This document shows, piece after piece, positions 1-6,489 of a stretch of DNA of 10,041 nt. Within the stretch, counting starts at the first letter, position 1. Each line of letters starts with the position of its first letter. The stretch covers positions 827,811 to 837,851 of the forward strand of contig CP070655.1 of NCBI GenBank assembly GCA_020354945.1, written 5' to 3'. A model generated the notes under the pieces. That model had not been told where the DNA came from, did not search any database, and saw nothing but the letters and a program-made list of their open reading frames with translations. The translations under genes were made by a program, and so were the position numbers. The DNA comes from Candidatus Omnitrophota bacterium. GTDB taxonomy: Bacteria > Omnitrophota > Gorgyraeia > JABMRG01 > JAFGKX01.

Positions 1-360
1 CTTTAAAATAACTGCTGTCTTGGCAATTTCCTCTTTGGGCGCTATTTTAACGGGCTCCTCTTTTGGCTCTTTTGCAATTATCCCAGGTTCAAACGCTGAA
101 GGGGTATATGGGATTTTCTTTGCTGGTTGCACAACTTTAAAGACAAAAATAAAAGCGAAAATAACCAATACTGCTGCTGCGACAACAGCAGACTTTAATG
201 GGATTTTTATCCGTAGTTTTGCATATGCTTTTAATGAAGCGGCTTCTTCCAAACAGAGCTTACAATGCGCAAGATGCCCCTCTACGATTACTCTCTTTTG
301 TTCGTTCAGAGTGCCATCTACGTAACCGGATAAAAGTTGTTTAACCTTTGCGCATTCCAT
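1..360 (-). CDS. zf-HC2 (ZAS) anti-sigma-factor-like membrane protein, N-terminal 120 aa; runs off the window
   Basis: Not in the ORF track. Manual translation from ATG 360: MECAKVKQLLSGYVDGTLNEQKRVIVEGHLAHCKLCLEE...; it shows C-x6-S-x-Y-x-DG and HxxxCxxC motifs, then a TM helix (SAVVAAAVLVIFAFIFVF). Open to base 1. Confidence 0.88.
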   Translation of the reverse strand, partial: MECAKVKQLLSGYVDGTLNEQKRVIVEGHLAHCKLCLEEAASLKAYAKLRIKIPLKSAVVAAAVLVIFAFIFVFKVVQPAKKIPYTPSAFEPGIIAKEPKEEPVKIAPKEEIAKTAVILK

Positions 361-448
361 TTATAGGTTTTGGGTCAGGTTCCAGGGGGCAGGTTTAACT
401 CAGTTTATAAGAACAACGCCGTCGAGTGAGATTGCTTATGTGCAAGAT

Positions 449-540
449 TATGATAAGACCGTAGTTATGCTAAGTCAAGGGAAATCTATTGCGTAATCTT
501 TTTGATTGTAGCTTTTGTGAGGTGGGTTATTGGGTAGTCT
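449..540 (+). repeat. Promoter/small-ORF module copy 1 (5'-deleted; remnant reads IYCVIFLIVAFVRWVIG*, 484-537, no start codon)
   Basis: AGTCAAGGGAAATCTATTGCGTAATC..TGATT.TAGCT..TGTGAGGT.GGTT.TTGGGTAGT is shared with 9590-9660; the core is shared with 2095-2127 and 2847-2896. Confidence 0.85.
450..478 (-). promoter_or_regulatory. sigma70-type promoter for the zf-HC2 gene
   Basis: Minus strand TTGACT-N17-TATCAT. Confidence 0.7.
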
Positions 541-581
541 GGTAGTAGGGTGGCACCTTGGAGAACGCCCCCCCCTTTCTT

Positions 582-1988
582 TTAGCGGGAGGAATCAAGC
601 AGAGATGTAAGCGGGGAGCTAAGGCGTTTTATCCGGATATTAAGGATAAAAATATCGTCATTGAATTTTTTACCGGTAAACATGTTTAATTCAGATACCA
701 GCTGCTCATTAAATGAATCAACCTGAGCCTTTCGATTTTTCCTTATAAAATCTTCGAGTCTTTCTATACTGTACTCTTTACCTTCAAAATCTCTGGATTC
801 GATAACGCCATCCGTAAAGAGTAATATATGGTCTCCTTTATTAAAGGTTATTTCGCTTTGGTAGATATTCTCATCTTCTGAAGGAATGCCTAAAAGTCTC
901 GTTAAAGCTGATATCTTTCTAAATTCAGAATTGTTTGCTTGATAAACATATTGCGGAGGATGCCCATAGCTGGAATACATAAATTTTTTAGACCTAAAGT
1001 CCAAAAGCCCGCAGAATGCGGTTAAGTACATTCCGCTTTCTGCAAAATCTTTAATAAAAAAGCTGTCCATTTCTTTCAGTAAACGGCCCGGCTCTATTCC
1101 CTCTTTTGCCAATTGTTCGAATTCGGTGTTAAAGGCATTAACTATAAGGGCTGCGGAGACACCGTGGCCTGTAACGTCGCATATAATAAAGATAAGCTTA
1201 TTTTTATCAATAAAATGAAATTTAGCATAATCGCCTCCCATATAATACATTGGCAGGTATGTAACAGCTATATCTGCAAGAGGCGTGCTTGTTGAATGAG
1301 GTATAAGTCTTGAGTGAACACTGGTTGCCAATTCTAATTCTCTTTGCATCTGTTTATTCTTCTCTTCTATTTCTTTAAAGAGGACGAAATTTTCGATTTT
1401 CCGCTTTCGGTCACGCTTGCTGACAACATAAAATACTATAAAAGCCAAAAATATTATAATAAATCCATGCAGGTAATCCGGGGGTTCCATGAGTACGGTA
1501 TTGTTTTTGTAGATAAATGTTTGCGTATTTAATAAATAAATTGTATAGCCGCCACAGTGCGAGAGCATAACTGCTATAATTCCATTCGGAGACCATGGGA
1601 AAACAAGCGAAAAGCCTAAAAACATAAATATATACCCCATTGCCACATCAAACGGGGGGTCATTTTGCACAATATAATATATGCTCATTACAGCAAGAAC
1701 CGTTAGCATAAAGAGCGCTGCGCTAAACCATGCCCTACGAATAGTGGAAAGTTTTCCGGATAAGGCAAAGGTTATAATACATACACATGCGGAAAGCAGC
1801 CACACAGCTGTAATGGGGGGGGTAAATTCCTTACCTAAAAGAAAGGTATTGACAAGGCTCCCTATAAAAAAGCTGGCTACAAAAAGCAAAGCAGCAAGTC
1901 TTACGCGGCCTTTTATGAGCGCTGTTTGCTGCTTAAGAAACTCATCCAGATATACAGGGGGAATTTTTTTATATAGCCTGTGACGCAT
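582..1988 (-). CDS. Membrane-anchored PP2C-family (SpoIIE/RsbU-like) Ser/Thr phosphatase, ~468 aa
   Basis: About 6 N-terminal hydrophobic helices, coiled-coil linker (ELELATSVHSRLIP) and motifs MGGDY, CDVTGHG, LLFTDGVIE, DDI. Start moved from 2087 to ATG 1988 because the extension overlaps a promoter and a repeat. Confidence 0.92.
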   Translation of the reverse strand: MRHRLYKKIPPVYLDEFLKQQTALIKGRVRLAALLFVASFFIGSLVNTFLLGKEFTPPITAVWLLSACVCIITFALSGKLSTIRRAWFSAALFMLTVLAVMSIYYIVQNDPPFDVAMGYIFMFLGFSLVFPWSPNGIIAVMLSHCGGYTIYLLNTQTFIYKNNTVLMEPPDYLHGFIIIFLAFIVFYVVSKRDRKRKIENFVLFKEIEEKNKQMQRELELATSVHSRLIPHSTSTPLADIAVTYLPMYYMGGDYAKFHFIDKNKLIFIICDVTGHGVSAALIVNAFNTEFEQLAKEGIEPGRLLKEMDSFFIKDFAESGMYLTAFCGLLDFRSKKFMYSSYGHPPQYVYQANNSEFRKISALTRLLGIPSEDENIYQSEITFNKGDHILLFTDGVIESRDFEGKEYSIERLEDFIRKNRKAQVDSFNEQLVSELNMFTGKKFNDDIFILNIRIKRLSSPLTSLLDSSR

Positions 1989-1995
1989 ATGTGCT

Positions 1996-2024
1996 ATGAT
2001 AAAACTACTATTAGGTTGTGTCAA
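1996..2024 (-). promoter_or_regulatory. sigma70-type promoter for the PP2C gene, probably giving a leaderless mRNA
   Basis: TTGACA-N17-TATCAT; the ATG is 7 nt after the -10 box. Confidence 0.75.
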
Positions 2025-2035
2025 GAGGAATCGCT

Positions 2036-2215
2036 GTGCAGGATAGATTCGAATATGCCGCAAAGCACGCTGCAGTAGGGCTAACAATGGTATTAATCTA
2101 TTGCGTAATATATTTGATTATAGCTGCCCTGAGCGGAGCCCGAATGGCGCAGTCGAAGGATCAGCTGGATTGGCTTGTCAGGCAGATAATTATTCATTTA
2201 TTGCCTCTGCTTTAG
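2036..2215 (+). CDS. Small hydrophobic protein, module copy 2; C-terminus replaced by attC/REP-derived sequence after ~2128 (possibly a pseudogene)
   Basis: GTG start after AAGAGGA; MQDRFEYAAKHAAVGLTMVLIYCVIYLIIAA has 25/30 aa identical to the ORF at 2785-2910. Confidence 0.55.
   Translation: MQDRFEYAAKHAAVGLTMVLIYCVIYLIIAALSGARMAQSKDQLDWLVRQIIIHLLPLL
2122..2183 (-). mobile_element. Truncated integron attC-like site with a REP-like palindrome in its variable loop
   Basis: Begins 6 nt after the DUF6717 stop: GCCTGAC(R'')-AAGCCAATCC-AGCTG-A-TCC...GGG-CAGCT. The L-box helix has one extrahelical base. The internal palindrome reads CCTGAGCGGAGC..GCGCAGTCGAAGG on the plus strand. The R' end is missing. 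Confidence 0.6.
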
Positions 2216-2621
2216 CATATATTTCTTTTGGAGCCTTTTTGTAATACTTAAATAGAGCTGGACATAACCAACCTTCCATTTCCAAATTTTCTGAATAATA
2301 CCAATTTCCACCACTTTCTTCTCTTAACCATATTAATTTCACTTGATAATCCGGAAACGGATTGGCTGAAAATAATAATCTAAATCCATTTTTAGCGTTG
2401 GGAATATCCTCTGTAATATGATTAATTATTTCAGGTATCCCTGCGACAAATCGTTCTTGATATAGATTTACTCTTTTATCATCAAAAACCCATGTCCCAT
2501 TATGCCAATATGGTTTTATTATTAATATTGCGTTGTCTGATACATTTAGACATTTTTGTTTATATGAAAATATTGTTAATACGATTATGGTAGTTATTAA
2601 CGAAATAATCAAATATTTCAA
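2190..2621 (-). CDS. DUF6717-family protein with N-terminal hydrophobic helix; gene-cassette-like
   Basis: TTG start with AAGGAG RBS; motifs PYWHNGTWVFDD, FVAG, GFRLLFSANPFP, GGNWY, EGWLCPALFKY. Confidence 0.85.
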   Translation of the reverse strand: MKYLIISLITTIIVLTIFSYKQKCLNVSDNAILIIKPYWHNGTWVFDDKRVNLYQERFVAGIPEIINHITEDIPNAKNGFRLLFSANPFPDYQVKLIWLREESGGNWYYSENLEMEGWLCPALFKYYKKAPKEIYAKAEAINE

Positions 2622-2641
2622 GTAATTCTCCTTTTACTTTT

Positions 2642-2695
2642 GCCTAACGCCAGAGCTCGGCTGCCGGAAAGGTCGCCATGGCATCGGGGTTAGGC
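2642..2695 (-). mobile_element. Degenerate attC-like site upstream of the DUF6717 gene
   Basis: GCCTAAC...GCAGCCGAGCTCTGGC-GTTAGGC, i.e. RYYYAAC/GTTRRRY perfect inverted 7-mers over 54 bp; the core site is 20 nt before the start codon. Confidence 0.55.
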
Positions 2696-2747
2696 CAAAG
2701 GGGTACACGTCCGATTTATGAGATGTCCCTATGAGACCTGATTTCTT

Positions 2748-2776
2748 ATCCTACTACTTGTAAAGTAAATTTTCAA
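2748..2776 (-). promoter_or_regulatory. sigma70-type promoter reading into the DUF6717 cassette
   Basis: TTGAAA-N17-TAGGAT; the -35 overlaps the AAGGAG RBS of the divergent small ORF. Confidence 0.55.
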
Positions 2777-2784
2777 GGAGAATA

Positions 2785-2910
2785 ATGATGCAGGACAGGT
2801 TCGAATATGCAGTTATGCACGCGGTAGTGGGGCTAATAATGGTGTTAATCTGTTGCGTAATCTATTTAATTATAGCTGCGGTGAAGTGGGTTATTGAGCT
2901 ATTAAGCTAG
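2785..2910 (+). CDS. 41-aa single-TM small protein, module copy 3 (intact)
   Basis: AAGGAG RBS; MMQDRFEYAVMHAVVGLIMVLICCVIYLIIAAVKWVIELLS*; differences from copy 2 are mostly synonymous third-position changes; below the ORF-track cutoff. Confidence 0.7.
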   Translation: MMQDRFEYAVMHAVVGLIMVLICCVIYLIIAAVKWVIELLS

Positions 2911-2937
2911 GGGCAGATCTAATTTATGAAGCTTGGC

Positions 2938-2957
2938 TGACGGAGAGGCTGGGAGTC
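2938..2957 (-). repeat. att-like tRNA-Ser 3'-end fragment, copy A
   Basis: Minus strand GACTCCCAGCCTCTCCGTCA, 18/20 identical to 6408-6427. Confidence 0.7.
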
Positions 2958-3040
2958 TTATAAGCATAAAATCATAACTCCCGGTCGGTAAACATGTTAC
3001 AGCGTTACCATTTAGTTGCCAGGGGCTTATGCAATTTCTG

Positions 3041-3871
3041 CTATTCTTCCTTTGAACCGCCGAAAGGAAGCTTAAATACATCTTTTAATCCTTCTGTGGT
3101 CTTCTTTACGGCATCTGTCGTCGCTTCCCCCACTTTTTGCACTGCCTGTTTTGCAGCCTCCTGTGTTTTTGCTGCGGTTTCAACTGCTATTTTTTCTACC
3201 GAGGCAAGTGCACCGGAAACAGTTCCTTTTAATCCGCCTAAATCAAAGTTTGCAAGACTCGCTATTGTTGTATTCATAAGTGCCCTGACAACTATTAAAC
3301 TTACCAGCTTATAAGGGTCTCTAATGTTTGTATATTTTTCATTTAGATTAACATCAAATTCTCTAACTGCCGGTTCACCGCCTCTTGAATAGTCTTTATA
3401 TAAAACCTTTCCGATTTTTAGCTCTAAACTATCAATCTGAATCTCGGGGGCTTTTCCCTTTTCTTTTTCCTCTGGCTTTTTGCCTTCTTTTTGTGCCTGG
3501 ACAACCTTTAATGAGTCAAGATTAAGCTCGCCTTTCTCATTCTTTATTACTACAAACTCTTTCACGTTTATGTGCATCTCTTCTAAATGCACCTTACCTT
3601 TCATAATAGCCGGTAAGTCATAATCAACGTAAATTTCAGGCATATCCAGCATTATTTTATCCTTATATCCTTTCGGATTATACAGCCTTAGCCCTCTAAT
3701 TCCTACGAGCGTTTTAATAATGCCGGCTCTGAAACTTTCCATTTTTAATGGAAGGCCGGTAACAAATTGAACGCCCTTTTCTACGGAAATTTTAATAATT
3801 ATATCCTTGGCAAAGGCTAGAACGAAAATCAGAACAACTATACCTATAACTATAAACAATGCTTTTTTCAT
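3041..3871 (-). CDS. AsmA-like N-terminally membrane-anchored protein
   Basis: AAAGGAG RBS, N-terminal TM helix, beta-rich AsmA-like motifs (GLRLYNPKGY, IYVDYDL, GELNL, IDSLELKIG), Ala/Lys/Thr-rich tail. Confidence 0.8.
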   Translation of the reverse strand: MKKALFIVIGIVVLIFVLAFAKDIIIKISVEKGVQFVTGLPLKMESFRAGIIKTLVGIRGLRLYNPKGYKDKIMLDMPEIYVDYDLPAIMKGKVHLEEMHINVKEFVVIKNEKGELNLDSLKVVQAQKEGKKPEEKEKGKAPEIQIDSLELKIGKVLYKDYSRGGEPAVREFDVNLNEKYTNIRDPYKLVSLIVVRALMNTTIASLANFDLGGLKGTVSGALASVEKIAVETAAKTQEAAKQAVQKVGEATTDAVKKTTEGLKDVFKLPFGGSKEE

Positions 3872-3891
3872 TTTTTACTCCTTTCATTTAT

Positions 3892-3926
3892 AAAAAAAGA
3901 AGCAACCCCACCCAATGAGATTGCTT
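3892..3926 (-). terminator. Intrinsic terminator-like hairpin just upstream of the AsmA-like gene
   Basis: AAGCAATCTCA-ttggg-TGGGGTTGCTT followed by CTTTTTTT. Confidence 0.6.
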
Positions 3927-3941
3927 ATTTTTTACGCATAT

Positions 3942-3970
3942 ATATTACTATTTCAACCAGAATAAGGCAA
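3942..3970 (-). promoter_or_regulatory. Putative sigma70 promoter
   Basis: TTGCCT-N17-TAATAT. Confidence 0.45.
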
Positions 3971-4008
3971 GCAAAATATGCTTTGTTATTATGGTAACAA
4001 AAAAATAA

Positions 4009-4034
4009 TGGCAGAGGCTGGGATTCGAATCCCA
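4009..4034 (-). repeat. att-like tRNA 3'-end fragment, copy B (includes T-loop)
   Basis: Minus strand TGGGATTCGAATCCCAGCCTCT--GCCA: TTCGAAT loop, acceptor strand and CCA, with a 2-nt deletion. Confidence 0.7.
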
Positions 4035-4112
4035 TTGCTATAACCGCTTATTTTATATTATATTACAACTTGCGGAAAAGTCAACGTGTTAGAAATGTGA
4101 TACAAAATAAAA

Positions 4113-5771
4113 TTATGCCGAACTTTCGGTTATTACAAAATTTCTATGAGAATCCTGCAGCTGAGCAGGAGAAGGCTTGTCGCAGGCTGGCATTGGTTCT
4201 AATCTGGGCAGGGCATTTGTTGTTGCAGGTTTTCTCATATCCACTTCTAAAGAATTTAATTCATTCGGTCTATTCGGTAAATGTGTTTCGGTCTCCACTC
4301 CATATTCGCCAATAGTCCCATTCCATGCCTGCCGAGCAAATTCTTCTAAAACTTCTCTGCAAACATTATACCACTCAGGATATTTAGTTGGATAAACTCT
4401 TGGATAACCATCAACTATATCAACAGGGCTAGTATGCTCTTTAGCAAAACATAGATCGAAAAAGTAAGAAAAACCTAGCAACCTATCGTCTTCTCTTGCA
4501 GTATGTTTAAGAATAGTATCGCTATAGTCAACCCAAACTCTACTTAGGTTATAACCCCACAACCTTTCATCCGCAATATGTGCCTCTTGGTTACAATAAG
4601 CTAAATAACCTTTTGTTTCAACATCAAAGGAATCTTGCAAAACATCTGCAACAAACTTTGCTACCGAACCATGTTGTCCTACATCAACTAAGACAACCTC
4701 TTCAAATGAGGTCACTCCGCTATTTTCTAAATATGCCGAAAGCTCCTGTCTTGAACAACTAGATCCGAAACCTGCCATACAGGTTTCTACCATTTTTCTT
4801 GTAATAAAAATATATTTGATATTAGTTCCATCATAATCGCTTTGGCTATCAATATAACTTGCCGTTAACTTTAATAAGGGCTCAGAACCTGTGCCAATAA
4901 AGACGACGGCTTGCGTACCTCCTTTAACTTTATCCTTTGTTAGATATTTTTCACATAATTCATGAATAAAACCTGTTATTATATCTTTATTTTTTCTCAT
5001 ATACTGCTGGTAGTATTTTTTTAGAAATTTTTTAATAGTCTTTCTCTTTTTGGGATTATTTTGCATATTTTCTGCCAATTGTAATATTACAATTGCTTTA
5101 TCCTTAGAGCTCATTCTGTCCATAAAAATGTAAAGTAACCTCCAGAATCCTGGAATATGCCTTAATGGTGAAGTTGCAAGCAAAGCTATGGCTTTTATAT
5201 TTCTGTGCAGTCTCAATAGTTTAATATGTATTGGAGCAGTGCTCTTCTCGATAATGTGATACACAATGTCTTTATGCAAATCTAAACCGGAGAGCTCCTT
5301 ATCACGTGATGCTACTTTATTAATTGCCAAATAAATCCCATCTAAAGTAAATCCGTCTCCGAAAAATATATGGCCATGTTTAAATAAAAATTTAGGAATA
5401 CGATTCCATAGAAAGTATGGGCCTTCTATAAATGGATTTAATAATGGATTTGATGATCCAAATTCTGATATATAACACTGGTGTGAATGATAAATCCCCT
5501 TTACTTCACCCGGAAATGTAAAAACCTTGCTGGACTGCACCCAATGCTGCATGATATCATGCATATCCTGCAATTCTGCAACGACAGCTGTAATTAATCT
5601 TTCTCTTCTGTCTGATTGAATACGATGCCACTCTTCTCTTGCAATTGCATCTCCATTGCTAAAATCAGAATCAGGAACACCGGAAGCAATGGGCCGGAGG
5701 GCATAACTTATCCCTGTGTTTTCTGCAAGAAAAATAAGTGTAATTAGAAGTGTAATTAGTTTTTTAATCAT
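4113..5771 (-). CDS. Putative exported protein (~552 aa) with a C-terminal PRTase-like alpha/beta domain
   Basis: Signal peptide MIKKLITLLITLIFLAENTGISYA/LRP from ATG 5771; motifs VVFIGTGS, YIFITRK, VVLVDVGQHGSV. Confidence 0.75.
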   Translation of the reverse strand: MIKKLITLLITLIFLAENTGISYALRPIASGVPDSDFSNGDAIAREEWHRIQSDRRERLITAVVAELQDMHDIMQHWVQSSKVFTFPGEVKGIYHSHQCYISEFGSSNPLLNPFIEGPYFLWNRIPKFLFKHGHIFFGDGFTLDGIYLAINKVASRDKELSGLDLHKDIVYHIIEKSTAPIHIKLLRLHRNIKAIALLATSPLRHIPGFWRLLYIFMDRMSSKDKAIVILQLAENMQNNPKKRKTIKKFLKKYYQQYMRKNKDIITGFIHELCEKYLTKDKVKGGTQAVVFIGTGSEPLLKLTASYIDSQSDYDGTNIKYIFITRKMVETCMAGFGSSCSRQELSAYLENSGVTSFEEVVLVDVGQHGSVAKFVADVLQDSFDVETKGYLAYCNQEAHIADERLWGYNLSRVWVDYSDTILKHTAREDDRLLGFSYFFDLCFAKEHTSPVDIVDGYPRVYPTKYPEWYNVCREVLEEFARQAWNGTIGEYGVETETHLPNRPNELNSLEVDMRKPATTNALPRLEPMPACDKPSPAQLQDSHRNFVITESSA

Positions 5772-5880
5772 AATAGTTAGCCTATATCCTGTTTGGTCTG
5801 GGGTAGCATTACCCAATTGAGGAAAGGATAATGCCACTCTATACATTTTACAGACCAAAAAGGTGCTACAAATTCACAAC

Positions 5881-5917
5881 AAACAAAAAGCCAAGTTGTC
5901 TTTGGCAACTTGGCTTT
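5881..5917 (-). terminator. Riboswitch expression-platform terminator
   Basis: AAAGCCAAGTTGcC-aaa-GaCAACTTGGCTTT-TTGTTT; the 5' arm is the 3' strand of the aptamer. Confidence 0.8.
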
Positions 5918-6050
5918 CTAGAAATTATATCCAGACCCTCAGTTTTGCCATGAACCATTCGTTTCACTCAGGTTCACGGCCCTGCACCCGAAGCACAAAG
6001 TGCCGAGCGGTACAGGGCGTCTCTGTGTCACCACAGGTTTGCCTTTATCT
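5904..6050 (-). ncRNA. c-di-GMP-I (GEMM) riboswitch interrupted by a 70-nt insertion
   Basis: AAAGGCAAACCTGTG-GTGA-CACAGAGACG [insert 6017-5948] CAAAACTGAGGGTCT...AAAGCCAAGTTGCC: GGCAAAC, GNRA tetraloop, GACGCAAA and GTTGCC consensus blocks, located between a promoter and a terminator. Confidence 0.85.
5948..6017. repeat. Tandem pair of REP-like hairpins inserted in the riboswitch
   Basis: CCATGAACC-attcgtttcactca-GGTTCACGG and GCCCTGCACC-cgaagcacaaagtgccgagc-GGTACAGGGC; GC-rich relative to the flanks. Confidence 0.75.
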
Positions 6051-6077
6051 AGATCTTTTTCTTTAAAACTTATATAA

Positions 6078-6106
6078 AGTATATCATAAGTATAAGGTTT
6101 TGTCAA
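6078..6106 (-). promoter_or_regulatory. Strong sigma70 promoter upstream of the riboswitch
   Basis: TTGACA-N17-TATACT with TGn extended -10. Confidence 0.8.
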
Positions 6107-6131
6107 GGGGTAAATACAAAAAAACTTAGTT

Positions 6132-6407
6132 TTACATATTATCTAATGCTTCTAAGTTCTTTACATTATTTTTCATGTAAATTGTAGGCAGGTGGGCGTA
6201 TTTCATGGTATCTCTTATGTCTGAGTGGCCTAAAAGCTCCTTTATTTTATATATATCTACGCCCTTACTCAGCAAAAACGTCGCATATGAGTGCCTAAGC
6301 TCATGAAGCCTGGTTAGGCCTTCAATGCCTGCCTTTTGGGTTATTTTAATTAGAACTCGTCTTAGTCTATGCTTATAATAGGTTTTAAAGACCTTTGGCT
6401 CATTTTG
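6132..6407 (-). pseudogene. C-terminal fragment of a tyrosine recombinase/integrase
   Basis: LHELRHSYAT...LLGHSDIRDTMKYAH (HxLR, LGH, catalytic Y); lacks the N-terminal domain and box I Arg; abuts an att-like tRNA fragment. Confidence 0.85.
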
Positions 6408-6427
6408 TGGCGGAGAGGCTGGGATTC
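6408..6427 (-). repeat. att-like tRNA-Ser 3'-end fragment, copy C
   Basis: Minus strand GAATCCCAGCCTCTCCGCCA; no remainder of a tRNA upstream. Confidence 0.8.
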
Positions 6428-6489
6428 TATTAAGCACAGAGTTGTAACAGCCTCTATCTTTACTAAAGAAAGCAGCCCTTTTCTGAATT

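Noticed and set aside
20-325. 101-aa plus-strand ORF
   Set aside because: Antisense shadow of the zf-HC2 gene, which has clear motifs.
3925-3939. Leader peptide MRKK
   Set aside because: The ATG lies only 2 nt after the predicted -10 box, upstream of the likely TSS, and has no RBS.
4009-4090. Complete tRNA gene
   Set aside because: Only the T-loop and acceptor 3' strand are present; no anticodon arm, D arm or 5' acceptor strand. The same holds at 2938 and 6408.
5863-6066. 67-aa plus-strand ORF
   Set aside because: Coincides with the riboswitch, insertion and terminator on the other strand.
6132-6437. Integron integrase IntI or functional XerC/D
   Set aside because: The fragment is too short, shows no IntI-specific insertion, and is tied to a tRNA-type att instead.
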